DNA of 49,071 nt from IMG/VR virus record IMGVR_UViG_3300016472_000368, positions 1 to 49,071 of that record, one strand, 5' to 3'. Made by a program: the position numbers and the translations under genes. The stretch is from a virus (taxonomy: Duplodnaviria; Caudoviricetes). Positions 1-9,522 of this stretch are shown piece by piece (the first letter of the stretch is position 1; every line of letters starts with the position of its first letter). Below the pieces are notes generated by a model, which saw only the letters and a list, made by a program, of their open reading frames with translations, made no database searches and had not been told where the DNA came from.

Positions 1-44
1 CGAGGATTTTCATAATGATCTAAAACTTTTTCTGAGTAAGCCAT
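1..44 (-). CDS. iscU: Fe-S scaffold protein IscU, 5' end only (runs off the window edge)
   Basis: Not in the ORF track. ATG at 44 reads MAYSEKVLDHYENPR, the characteristic proteobacterial IscU N-terminus; starts 1 nt after the iscA stop. Confidence 0.9.
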   Translation of the reverse strand, partial: MAYSEKVLDHYENP

Positions 45-45
45 A

Positions 46-366
46 TTATGCTGCAAAAGAAGAACCGCAACCACAAGTATTGGTTGCATTAGGGTTTTTA
101 ATGACAAATTGAGCCGAAGTTAAATCTTTTTTATAATCAATTTCAGCACCACTAAGGTATGTCATTGAAGCTGCATCAATAAGAACTTTAACACCATTCT
201 GTTCAATGACAAAATCATCATCGGCTTGGTTTTCATCAAATGTAAACCCATATTGAAAACCAGAACAACCGCCACCTTGAACGAACACTCTTAGCGCCTC
301 ATTAGTATCTTCTTCCATCATAATTTCATGGATTTGTTTGAAAGCTTTTTCGGTAATTTGTATCAT
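46..366 (-). CDS. A-type Fe-S carrier (ErpA/IscA/HesB family)
   Basis: GGGCSGFQY and C-terminal TCGCGSSF motifs, 106 aa. Confidence 0.95.
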   Translation of the reverse strand: MIQITEKAFKQIHEIMMEEDTNEALRVFVQGGGCSGFQYGFTFDENQADDDFVIEQNGVKVLIDAASMTYLSGAEIDYKKDLTSAQFVIKNPNATNTCGCGSSFAA

Positions 367-1596
367 TTATTTACTCCATGCCTTAGCAGCATTGAAATTA
401 TTTTTACTGAACTCCATACGGTCAATCAACTTCAATGCACCCCCAGATAGACGGTCTACGCAAACAAACCCTTCGGGACCAGTTACCTTAAAACCATCTG
501 GTGTTACAACAAATGTATCAATTGAAGATTTGATTGTTTCTAATTTACGAACAATCATAACCTTTGCATCAACAATTAGGTTCATTAGGTCAAATATACT
601 TTTTAATTGTATAGCATTGCCTCGAAAAAAACGCATGACCTCATTCTTTTCGCCGATTCGTTTCTTCTTAGTGTCTTCTTTCTTGGCCGTCAGTATTTCT
701 TTGTTCAGTTTATCTTCAATCCATTTTATCAGTTGTGTAGTATGTTGTTGGGTATTCTTGATTGGTTCACCTGAACGAACTTTGGTATTATTGAACGTTT
801 TGATGTAAAGGTTAAAAGTTTCGTTAGTTGATATGCGATTAAGCACTGAGGAATTAATAGATTGAAATACACGGCCAGCATTGGAAAGAATATCAGATAA
901 TTTCTTTGTTTCTTGTTCGGTAAATGTTGCTGTACCTGAAGCATCAACAAAAGAAGCATCACGAAACCATACATCTTTGGTTGGCGTGAGATGTCCAATG
1001 TCAATGTTAAATGAGGCCTTCAGTGAATCCATTGAACGACCATTGTATGTGGTGTGAAAAACAATACCAAGTTGTGCAGCCATCATTTTTTGTGCTAGAA
1101 TAGAATCAGAAGGTACGGCATAAACAATCGTATTTGGTTGAAAGGTAGCATAAGATTGACCGTCGATTGTTTGTTTTTTTATATCACCTTTTGTAAACAT
1201 CATGTCACCTTGAATGATACCTTTGATGCCTAGTTTTGGTAGATATGCAAGTGCTACCTTCAGTTTATCATTAAGACCTTCACCGGGATGATTCTTATCA
1301 ATATCAGCATCGGTATAATTTAGTTTGCCTTCTTTATTGAATACTGATTTGGTGCCAACGAAAAATTTACCATTGTCTGGATTAATACCACAAATTACAG
1401 CGGGAGCACCGTCCCATTTTGTGGTGACATTTGTTTTTGATTGTGCATGACCGGCTAACATGTCACGAAGCGAACGAAGAAAATTAATAGCTTCACGAGC
1501 ACCATTTGTACCACGATTGAACATATGCTCGTCGAGATGTTCCAAATGCAAATTGGCACCTTCTTTTGCTTCGTTTAAAAAATCTTTGAATTTCAT
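367..1596 (-). CDS. Conserved T4-like phage protein with ligase/nucleotidyltransferase-like motifs (DUF6267-like)
   Basis: TTKWDGAP resembles ligase motif I (KxDG); QGDMMF, EGFV and LKL resemble motifs III, IV and V; N-terminus MKFKDFLNE resembles a capsid-targeting sequence. Confidence 0.55.
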   Translation of the reverse strand: MKFKDFLNEAKEGANLHLEHLDEHMFNRGTNGAREAINFLRSLRDMLAGHAQSKTNVTTKWDGAPAVICGINPDNGKFFVGTKSVFNKEGKLNYTDADIDKNHPGEGLNDKLKVALAYLPKLGIKGIIQGDMMFTKGDIKKQTIDGQSYATFQPNTIVYAVPSDSILAQKMMAAQLGIVFHTTYNGRSMDSLKASFNIDIGHLTPTKDVWFRDASFVDASGTATFTEQETKKLSDILSNAGRVFQSINSSVLNRISTNETFNLYIKTFNNTKVRSGEPIKNTQQHTTQLIKWIEDKLNKEILTAKKEDTKKKRIGEKNEVMRFFRGNAIQLKSIFDLMNLIVDAKVMIVRKLETIKSSIDTFVVTPDGFKVTGPEGFVCVDRLSGGALKLIDRMEFSKNNFNAAKAWSK

Positions 1597-1597
1597 A

Positions 1598-2671
1598 TTA
1601 ACTATACTTTATGAAAATGCTACTGTTCTTTGTCGCTGAAGAAGCATACTGGTAAATCCATTTTACAACATCCTCTTCTTTACCATTTTCTAATATTGTA
1701 TAAACGAAATGCACTCCAAGAAATTTAGACATCCACCAAGTTTTATCACGAGCAATATTTTCCTTTAATTCAACCATCAAGTCACTGTCTTTCTTTTTAG
1801 TTCCTGATAATTTCTTAAACATCTTAACAAAATCTTTCAAAGTTGCATCAGATGGTTTTTGTATTTGACTATTGAATTCATTTGGCATCATTAATTTATT
1901 TCTAGGTACTCCAGATTCAATTGCAGCTGTCATTACAATACCGCCACCAATTTTACCACCAGCGGCCGTTTTACCTTTAATTTCGCCTTGCCAAGAACTG
2001 GTTACGGGACGGCTTGAAAAGTTTCTTAATTGTATTTCACCTTCTTTTCCTCCCGACTTATAACGAAGATAAATGTCCTTCGAATCACCCATCATCTCGC
2101 CTAATTTATAACCATTCCAGTTTGCTACAAGAGGTTCACCTTCATTGAATATCTTTGATGTTGCTTCGCCTTTTGGTATCTTTTTCAATGAGATGCCAAC
2201 TAAATTTTTCTCCATAAACTCATGGAAAATATAATTATTGTAATCTAAAAGTGTTGGCCATCCATCAATAAATTTAAAGTTTGGTTTAGCCATCCATATA
2301 TCGGCTGGATTCCATTTATCGTCACCAGTAATTCCACTTTGCTTTTTAAATCGACTAAACTCTTTGTAAACTTCTGAGACTAAAGAACCACCACGATAAA
2401 ATACAAACTTTTCTGACCGGCCTATGTTAAAATCATCAAAAATTTTATTGGCAGTGACGATAACACTATAATACCAGTCACCATCTAAACCTTTCAAACA
2501 CTTATCCAAATCTCTATCACAATCAGAAAAACCAGCAACTGTTTTTGAATTAACTTCTGTAATGCTTGTTACATTTTTACCTAAATGTTGTCTAGCTGCA
2601 CAAGTATAAGCTTGCAAACTTTCTGCTAAAGCTGTTACTTCTGCACCTGCTCCTGATTGCGCCATAAACAC
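1598..2671 (-). CDS. Hypothetical protein, putative PD-(D/E)xK-fold nuclease
   Basis: N-terminal AESLQA helix, DKWNPADIW and LVGISLKK motifs; preceded by TATAAATA. Confidence 0.5.
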   Translation of the reverse strand: MFMAQSGAGAEVTALAESLQAYTCAARQHLGKNVTSITEVNSKTVAGFSDCDRDLDKCLKGLDGDWYYSVIVTANKIFDDFNIGRSEKFVFYRGGSLVSEVYKEFSRFKKQSGITGDDKWNPADIWMAKPNFKFIDGWPTLLDYNNYIFHEFMEKNLVGISLKKIPKGEATSKIFNEGEPLVANWNGYKLGEMMGDSKDIYLRYKSGGKEGEIQLRNFSSRPVTSSWQGEIKGKTAAGGKIGGGIVMTAAIESGVPRNKLMMPNEFNSQIQKPSDATLKDFVKMFKKLSGTKKKDSDLMVELKENIARDKTWWMSKFLGVHFVYTILENGKEEDVVKWIYQYASSATKNSSIFIKYS

Positions 2672-2686
2672 TCCATTGTTTTGGAG

Positions 2687-2694
2687 TATTTATA
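2687..2694 (-). promoter_or_regulatory. T4-type late promoter TATAAATA
   Basis: Perfect gp55 consensus 15 nt upstream of the ORF at 2671. Confidence 0.75.
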
Positions 2695-2703
2695 TTAACT
2701 TAA

Positions 2704-3819
2704 TTACCGAATAATGTCAAGTTCTTTATCGCCAGTCCAAACCTCTATTTCTGTGCGAAGTCTGTTTTCGGCCTTCAGATTTTCAAAGCGATTTGTAGCC
2801 TTTTTCTTCCACCAATTAATGATGTTGTCAAGGCGAAACTTATCATAATTCTCCTTGTCTGGTATCAACTTATCTGTACGGCCCATCACCACATCCGTAA
2901 AGTTAGAGAAGCCATAGTTTGAATAGTAATACCGTTTCTTTTCAGTCAAAGACAATGCGTTTTGAATTGTGGTCATAAACTTGACATATTCTGGTTCACC
3001 TTTCAGAGCCACTTTAGTCATACTGATAATCTTGTTTGAGATTTTAAGTTTACGACTAGAGGCTTCAGGTGGCACAATAACACCAACAGCATTTTCAACA
3101 TAATCTTTAAGTTCTTCATAAGGTTTACCGTGCATCATTGGCAGAAAATCAGAGTCGGTAAGACCACTAAACCTCAGAAATGGTTTCATGCCGTCATATT
3201 GAGATGATGTTTTTGATGTGCCATAAAGGCTTGTTGTTTCAAACATGCAGGTATTCATGTCATACTTTTTGTTCAACTGCTCACGAACCCAATGAGAACA
3301 ACAAATAGCCGCCAATAATTTACCACCAAGGTAATTATAACCAAATGGCTGCGATGGCACAATCACAAAACCCATGATAGTTGTTTGATTGAAGGCCTTG
3401 GCTGATTCTTTTGTTTGTGTAAATACTCCACCAAGGAGTTCATTTCGTGGTTTCATATTAATCACTGGTGAACCAAGGCGAATAAAACCAACCCACTTAT
3501 TTGTGTTCTTTTCGAGGACCGCCAAACGAAAACACCGACCTGGAATACTGGTCATATTTGAATGAGAAGAAATCATATTTAAATAAACATCCCAATTATC
3601 CTGAGGCAATTCAACCAACTCCAAATTCATATCATTTGGATGCATGGTAAAATCAGAAAATAAATCTTCTTCGGGTCCCATACCGGGCAGGGTAAATGGC
3701 CTTGAAGATAACGAATTTAGTTTTTGATCACGAATATAATCATCAATACGGTCAAATCGGTCAAAATAATTAGAAAAAGCTTCAGCACAATGAAGTGCCT
3801 GTTCTTTATTCAGTTTCAT
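2704..3819 (-). CDS. DUF4338/DruA-like protein (Mom-like GNAT fold), copy 1
   Basis: PGRxxRLAVxE, GFIRLGSP, PFGYNYLGGKLLA, FETTSLYG and SQYDG motifs, shared with the ORF at 22081-23358. Confidence 0.75.
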   Translation of the reverse strand: MKLNKEQALHCAEAFSNYFDRFDRIDDYIRDQKLNSLSSRPFTLPGMGPEEDLFSDFTMHPNDMNLELVELPQDNWDVYLNMISSHSNMTSIPGRCFRLAVLEKNTNKWVGFIRLGSPVINMKPRNELLGGVFTQTKESAKAFNQTTIMGFVIVPSQPFGYNYLGGKLLAAICCSHWVREQLNKKYDMNTCMFETTSLYGTSKTSSQYDGMKPFLRFSGLTDSDFLPMMHGKPYEELKDYVENAVGVIVPPEASSRKLKISNKIISMTKVALKGEPEYVKFMTTIQNALSLTEKKRYYYSNYGFSNFTDVVMGRTDKLIPDKENYDKFRLDNIINWWKKKATNRFENLKAENRLRTEIEVWTGDKELDIIR

Positions 3820-5651
3820 ACCTTAAAGCCTTCAAACTTACGATTAAATTTATTTTCACGGTTTCCAAAAGTGTTCAGTGGAGGGTTATCTTGACCAGAG
3901 TCTACAATACCGGTTTGTGCCAATTGTTCAACATCATACAACCTCATTTTTGATCGATCAACGCCGACCACAAATCGTTTATTGAAGTTAGGGTCAGCAT
4001 ATCGGTTCTTCAATTGTTTGATCATGATTTGATTTAATTGTTCTAGTTCCTCCGTCGAAATCAAAGCGAACATAAAATCGGCGGTAGCTGGTAAACCAAA
4101 AGATTCTGAAGTGTCTTCCAACCCCGGGTCAGAGTTTGTAAAACCCGAACGATTAGTTTGTGTGGCTGAAAAAATTGGTAGATTAAATTCAACAGCAAGA
4201 CCACGGAGTTCTTCTGCAATCGCCTTGATATAGGAATAAGAATTCACATTAGCACCAGGTTTAATACGAGCCGATGAGCATATATTCAGATAATCAATAA
4301 AGATAATTTGTGGCACGAAATTCTTTTTAAGATGTAATTCATTTAGCAACGAACGAAAGTGTAGTGCATTGGCTGCCGCCGTTGGATATTCTTTGATGAT
4401 AAGTTTGCCATGTGTTTTATTTCGCAATGATTGAAACTTACGATCATATTCCAATTTTGTCATAGAATGTAAATCGTTCATTGAAACATTCAGCAGATTC
4501 GCATCAATACGCTCGGCGATTCTTTCTTCGGCCATCTCAAGTGTAATATAAAGAACATTTAGACCTTGCGACAAACAAGATGCAGCCACATGACACATAA
4601 ACATTGATTTGCCAACACCAGTATTGTGAGAACTTACTCCGTTAGTATAGTACCTGTGATTTTCATGTTCCACTTGTATGTCCACAATTGGTATTTTAGC
4701 CCCTGTATATTTGATTTTTCCTCCTTGCCAACCATCCGAACACAGGTATTGATATGGTTCATAACCAACTACAGTCTGTTCGTGCCAAATGTCCTTCGCA
4801 TATTTCCATCCTTTATTGGTTTCAAACAAGTGATTTTCATTTACACGCACCTCCCTACCATCATCCAAGATAAGCCTATATTCATTCCACAGTCCCTTGT
4901 CAACGAATCTTGATATTGAAACAAAACCATCAGGGGATTCAACTTCTACAATAAAACCAGAATTTAATAAAGATTCAACTTCTTTTATTTCAACTTCTTT
5001 TGTTGTCCAATTATTCTTATGTTTCCGATAACGAATTTTAATTTTTGTTTCAGGATGCACACAGCCGGCCAAACAGATATTCAATGTTTTATTTGGTAGA
5101 CCGCCTTTGGTGATTGTATTGAAAAGGTCTAGGTCAAATGGTATTTTGGTTTCTTGACGGTGATAAAATTCAAAACGGGAATCGTAGTCATTAATATAAT
5201 CGTGGCCAATATGAGAATCAAAAGAAACACCAAGCGCATTTGATAATAACTTTGGGATTTCGCCCTTGTCCTTGTTTGTGTTTTTAGAATCAAGTATCGT
5301 CACCGACTCCATGATGGCATTATAAATCGCCTTGTCTTGGCAAAACTTCTCGGTTTGTTCAATTAGCCATTGTATTTCTGTTGGCTCATTTTTGTTTTGA
5401 TTTATATCATCAAGCAGACCAAGAGTATTTTTAAGTTCTTGTTCAGTGAGTTTTTTCGAATCGTTTAGTTCAATAACAAGCGATTCATAAGTCGGCAGTG
5501 TCTTATATTTATTGACAAATTGAGAAACAAAGATGAAAAGTGTTTTGTCTTTGTTATCGGTGAAATACTCTGATTGAATAAATGGCAATACTTTACGGGT
5601 ATATTCCTCACTGAATATTAAGTTTTTCAGAATACTGGTTTCTAGTCTCAT
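3816..5651 (-). CDS. 41: Replicative DnaB-like helicase gp41 containing a mini-intein
   Basis: Walker A LAG|TGVGKS interrupted by an intein; YITLEMAEE, IFIDYLNI, SATQTNR, SESFGLPATAD motifs. Confidence 0.97.
   Translation of the reverse strand: MRLETSILKNLIFSEEYTRKVLPFIQSEYFTDNKDKTLFIFVSQFVNKYKTLPTYESLVIELNDSKKLTEQELKNTLGLLDDINQNKNEPTEIQWLIEQTEKFCQDKAIYNAIMESVTILDSKNTNKDKGEIPKLLSNALGVSFDSHIGHDYINDYDSRFEFYHRQETKIPFDLDLFNTITKGGLPNKTLNICLAGCVHPETKIKIRYRKHKNNWTTKEVEIKEVESLLNSGFIVEVESPDGFVSISRFVDKGLWNEYRLILDDGREVRVNENHLFETNKGWKYAKDIWHEQTVVGYEPYQYLCSDGWQGGKIKYTGAKIPIVDIQVEHENHRYYTNGVSSHNTGVGKSMFMCHVAASCLSQGLNVLYITLEMAEERIAERIDANLLNVSMNDLHSMTKLEYDRKFQSLRNKTHGKLIIKEYPTAAANALHFRSLLNELHLKKNFVPQIIFIDYLNICSSARIKPGANVNSYSYIKAIAEELRGLAVEFNLPIFSATQTNRSGFTNSDPGLEDTSESFGLPATADFMFALISTEELEQLNQIMIKQLKNRYADPNFNKRFVVGVDRSKMRLYDVEQLAQTGIVDSGQDNPPLNTFGNRENKFNRKFEGFKV
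4623..5063 (-). mobile_element. Cis mini-intein (147 aa, no endonuclease) in the gp41 Walker A
   Basis: Starts CVHPET, block B VNENHLF, ends YYTNGVSSHN, +1 residue Thr; removing it restores AGTGVGKS. Confidence 0.93.
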
Positions 5652-5919
5652 CTTCTATTTTAGCCATTAAAATTTGGGTCAACAGGTCACCCATTATTGT
5701 ATGAAATTTTTCGTTAGAATTCAAGTCATCTATGTCGTGTTCACCTGGATGAACCACAGTATAACCGAATTTCAAACGAGCAATTTCACCCTCTTCACTG
5801 ATGCCGGCCTGATCGTAATGGTAAATAACACCACGAAACTCGGGCATCAATAATTCAATACCAGTTATATCAGTATTGTTAAAGTTGATGTAATGAAAGT
5901 CCCGGCCCTCTTTAAGCAT
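5608..5919 (-). CDS. Conserved small protein between uvsX and gp41 (position of T4 gp40)
   Basis: Probable start ATG 5919 (MLKEGRDF) overlapping the uvsX stop; synteny. Confidence 0.6.
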   Translation of the reverse strand: MLKEGRDFHYINFNNTDITGIELLMPEFRGVIYHYDQAGISEEGEIARLKFGYTVVHPGEHDIDDLNSNEKFHTIMGDLLTQILMAKIEDETRNQYSEKLNIQ

Positions 5920-6967
5920 TTTCGTTTTTTTCCACCACCTCAGTTTGTCCCATAATGTTACCATAAGTGATTTCATATTTCTTCCTTACGAACTCTTGGA
6001 AAGAATAGTCGGTCAAAATATCGGACCAAAAATCGGCAGTTTGTGTATCATTGTATCGGACTTTTCCACCAACTTCGGCAGTTTCTCGATTTACTTTTGC
6101 ATACCAACCATTTGATGGTTTAACCACATGGCCGGACTCAAGTGCAATGTCAAGTAAACCAGACCACTTGTTAATACCACCATCAAAAGATACATTGACA
6201 GGTATTTTAGATTTTTCTTTGACATATCGAGACTTCTCCACATTGATAATAAAGTTATAACCAGTAATTTCGGTACCATCCTTTTCTTGTTGGCGACCAA
6301 TAATGTAAATATTGTCAGCTGAATAATACGAACCAGTGCCGCCACTGACAATATCCTTCGGAAACATACCGATTTCTTTATAAGTATGATTGACAACCAC
6401 CATTGGAATATCTTTTAATGTAAGATGTGGTGTGACCATACGAAACAAACTTTTCACTTGTTTTGCACGGCTCATGTCAGCGACCGATTTACCATCTAAA
6501 GCATCTTCAACTTCTTTTTTGGATGCTAAGTTGCCTATAGAATCTATAACAATCACTAGCTTATCTTCACGAGAAATTTCTTGAAGTTGTTGCATAATAT
6601 CAAATTTTAATTGTTCAATGTCAGTTAATGGTGTATGAAGAACACGGTCCATATTGATATTGAAGGTTTCAAAATACTTAATCGGTGTACCAAATTCAGA
6701 ATCATAAAACAGAAGTGCAGCTTCAGAATATTTGTCCATGTAAGCCTTGGCCACCAATAAACTAAATGCTGTCTTAAAATGCTTCGACGGACCAGCAAAA
6801 ATTGTTAAACCTGGCGTAAAACCACCATTAAGACGACCAGAAAAGGCTACATTCATCATCGGTATTGGTGTGCTAATTAAATCTTTTTCATTAAAAAATT
6901 TAGATTTAGAAAGAATAGCCGTTTCTTTAATGGTTGAATTCTTTTTTAGTTTTTCAAGTATGCTCAT
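5912..6967 (-). CDS. uvsX: RecA-like recombinase UvsX
   Basis: GPSKHFKT P-loop, FYDSEFG, IDSIGNLASKKE; probable start 6967 (MSILEKLKK). Confidence 0.96.
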   Translation of the reverse strand: MSILEKLKKNSTIKETAILSKSKFFNEKDLISTPIPMMNVAFSGRLNGGFTPGLTIFAGPSKHFKTAFSLLVAKAYMDKYSEAALLFYDSEFGTPIKYFETFNINMDRVLHTPLTDIEQLKFDIMQQLQEISREDKLVIVIDSIGNLASKKEVEDALDGKSVADMSRAKQVKSLFRMVTPHLTLKDIPMVVVNHTYKEIGMFPKDIVSGGTGSYYSADNIYIIGRQQEKDGTEITGYNFIINVEKSRYVKEKSKIPVNVSFDGGINKWSGLLDIALESGHVVKPSNGWYAKVNRETAEVGGKVRYNDTQTADFWSDILTDYSFQEFVRKKYEITYGNIMGQTEVVEKNENA

Positions 6968-6978
6968 TCGTTTCTCCA

Positions 6979-9510
6979 TTAAACAAAAAATGCTTCAAGA
7001 CTATTTTGTTTTTCTACTTGCCAGCCAATACAATCTAAAATAATTTTCATCGGTTCAATAAACGTCTTTTCAAATTGTGTTTCATAGTCAATATACTCCT
7101 GAAGGCCGAATTCTTTTGGCAACCTTACAGGGAACGAAACAACTGTGTCTTTAATTGGGTTTGGTGTTTTCAGGTAGGTGAATTTAAGTTTCTCACCCTC
7201 TTTAATCAGTGGGTATTTCTTCGTTAATTTTTTTTCGGTGAGAAAATGATTGTAAAGAATAGCACCCTTTACATGAATCGGTGTTCCCTTCTTATATAGA
7301 CCAACCGAATCCGAATACTCCTGAATGCCATTAACACCACGAGGAAAAGAAATGTCTTCTACAGGTAGTTTCTTGAATTCTTGTTTCAGATTTGCAATAA
7401 AATTCTGAACAGTGACTTCATCGGCATTGATTACCAGTGAAATGGTTTCTTTCATCTTCTCACGAATAAAGGCCGGTGTTGACGATTTAACCACCTCAAG
7501 ACCCATGATTTTCATATCAGGCTCATCATATTGAACACCTTCATTATTGAACACATTGAGAACATAGCGTTTCTTGGCCGTCCAGAGCCCTTTATTAGAC
7601 AAACCTTCACGCTTCATTCTCATTTTTTGGTCATAAGCATGAACATACGAAGCAAGTTCCTGATAACTCTCATTAATAAAAGGTTGTATTTTACCTTCAC
7701 AGACACGATCCATGAAGGCGATAACTTTAGTAGTTTCTTTCTCGCCAGTATACACCTTGTCAACAAGGTCACCAAGGCGCAAATAAATCGAATCTGTGTC
7801 TGAAGCAATAACATAATCCACATCATTGGTCTTTAATAGTTTATTCATGTATATATTGATTTTGTTTTCAATCCAACGAATAGACAGTTGACCAGCCAAT
7901 GTTACACCAAGTGCCATTCTAAGGTCATAAAATCGAAAGTATTGTGAGCCCAAGGCACCAAAGGCTGAATTTAATGAGACCTTCTTTGCAAGTTGTAAAT
8001 TATTGTATCGTGCAACCAGTTTACCAATTTCTTTCTTTTTCTTTGGGTTCTTTTCATTAACATATTCTTGTTTACATTTCAACATCAGCTTCTTAAATTT
8101 CTTCCGATCCTCATACATTTCTCCAAGCATCTTTGGTAAAAAGCCTTGAAAATCGGTACGAAAAAACTGGCCATTTGGAGTAACAGTTACATTTTTTATA
8201 GCGTTAGTTTTTACTTTTTGGCTGAGGAGATTTTCCACGGATATCCCATCCATAACCAGTTGTCTCATTTCATCAGTGTAGTCGCTTGTTTCTACCAGTG
8301 TTTCGGGTGATATGTTGTACATCATCATCAAATGGGAATATAGACTATCCAAATCAAACGAAGCCACCCAATCATGCATACCAATTTGAGGTTCTTTTAC
8401 ATAAGCTCCCTCAAATGCTGATTCTTTCTTTTGAATCTCTTTTGGCGGAACAACAATATTTTTTTCTAAGAGATACGAATAGATAAGTGAATCCCACATA
8501 CGAGTTTGAGCAAATACATCCTCATAGTTGGTTTTTGTGTCATAGGCTAGAGTGAGTGCTAGTTCAATTAGCTTTAGTTTGTCTTCAAGTTTAATGACAA
8601 GTTCTACGTCCTTGATGTTATACTCAATGAATTTTTGATAGTTGAGTCTGTACAATTGATGAAGGTTGTCATACTCATCATAAGAAATTTTTGATTCATT
8701 TAGTTCAACACTGGTAATATGATTTAATGAGTATGATTCTTGTGACTTACCAGCAGGAGCATACCATCGATACAATTCAATGTAATCAAGTGCAGCAATA
8801 CCAGTCATAATGTAAACTTTTTTCTGTTGACCTTTGTGTACGAAACTTCTTTCCCATACGTTATTCCATGGTGAGAGTTTCTTTGTTTCATCCTCACCAA
8901 GAATACGATTGAAGCGGTTTACCAAGTATGGAATATCAAAGTAATCAATATTCCAACCAGAAACAACATCAGGATAGTTTGCTTGCCAATCTTTTAGAAA
9001 GGTCTTACAGAGTGTCCATTCATCTTTGCATTGTATATAATTTTCATCACCCTGTTTCTTATATTCACCACAACCATAGACTGTGATACCTCCATTTAGT
9101 TGACGCACGGCAATGGCTGTGATTGGTTCTGTGGCCTTATATGGATCAGGAAAACCATTCTCTGAACCAACCTCAATATCGATGATGACAATTGAAAGTT
9201 GTGTAATGTCCCAATCTATAGGTCCACGGTGTTCATCAGCAATAAAAGCATACTCAAAGCGGTCATTGCCGTATATCTTAAAGTTTTGTACCTCTTCATA
9301 GCGTTTAATAAAATCTCGAGCATCACGAATTGTATCAAACTTCTTCAGTTCAAGATGTTCACCAAATAAGGTTTTCCAGCCTGTTTTTTGATTGGAGGGT
9401 AAAAACAAAATCGGCGAGTATTCAATTTTCTTTTGAATTCGCCGACCGTTTAAGACACCTCTATACAGGACATTGTTGCCTTGTACTGAAATGTTTGTGT
9501 AGTAGTTCAT
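6979..9510 (-). CDS. 43: Family B DNA polymerase gp43
   Basis: Exo I DIEV, Exo II GWNIDYFD, Exo III YNIKD, motif A DLDSLYS, motif B KVSLNSAFG, motif C SDTDS, KKRY. Confidence 0.98.
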   Translation of the reverse strand: MNYYTNISVQGNNVLYRGVLNGRRIQKKIEYSPILFLPSNQKTGWKTLFGEHLELKKFDTIRDARDFIKRYEEVQNFKIYGNDRFEYAFIADEHRGPIDWDITQLSIVIIDIEVGSENGFPDPYKATEPITAIAVRQLNGGITVYGCGEYKKQGDENYIQCKDEWTLCKTFLKDWQANYPDVVSGWNIDYFDIPYLVNRFNRILGEDETKKLSPWNNVWERSFVHKGQQKKVYIMTGIAALDYIELYRWYAPAGKSQESYSLNHITSVELNESKISYDEYDNLHQLYRLNYQKFIEYNIKDVELVIKLEDKLKLIELALTLAYDTKTNYEDVFAQTRMWDSLIYSYLLEKNIVVPPKEIQKKESAFEGAYVKEPQIGMHDWVASFDLDSLYSHLMMMYNISPETLVETSDYTDEMRQLVMDGISVENLLSQKVKTNAIKNVTVTPNGQFFRTDFQGFLPKMLGEMYEDRKKFKKLMLKCKQEYVNEKNPKKKKEIGKLVARYNNLQLAKKVSLNSAFGALGSQYFRFYDLRMALGVTLAGQLSIRWIENKINIYMNKLLKTNDVDYVIASDTDSIYLRLGDLVDKVYTGEKETTKVIAFMDRVCEGKIQPFINESYQELASYVHAYDQKMRMKREGLSNKGLWTAKKRYVLNVFNNEGVQYDEPDMKIMGLEVVKSSTPAFIREKMKETISLVINADEVTVQNFIANLKQEFKKLPVEDISFPRGVNGIQEYSDSVGLYKKGTPIHVKGAILYNHFLTEKKLTKKYPLIKEGEKLKFTYLKTPNPIKDTVVSFPVRLPKEFGLQEYIDYETQFEKTFIEPMKIILDCIGWQVEKQNSLEAFFV

Positions 9511-9522
9511 CCTTAGATGTTA

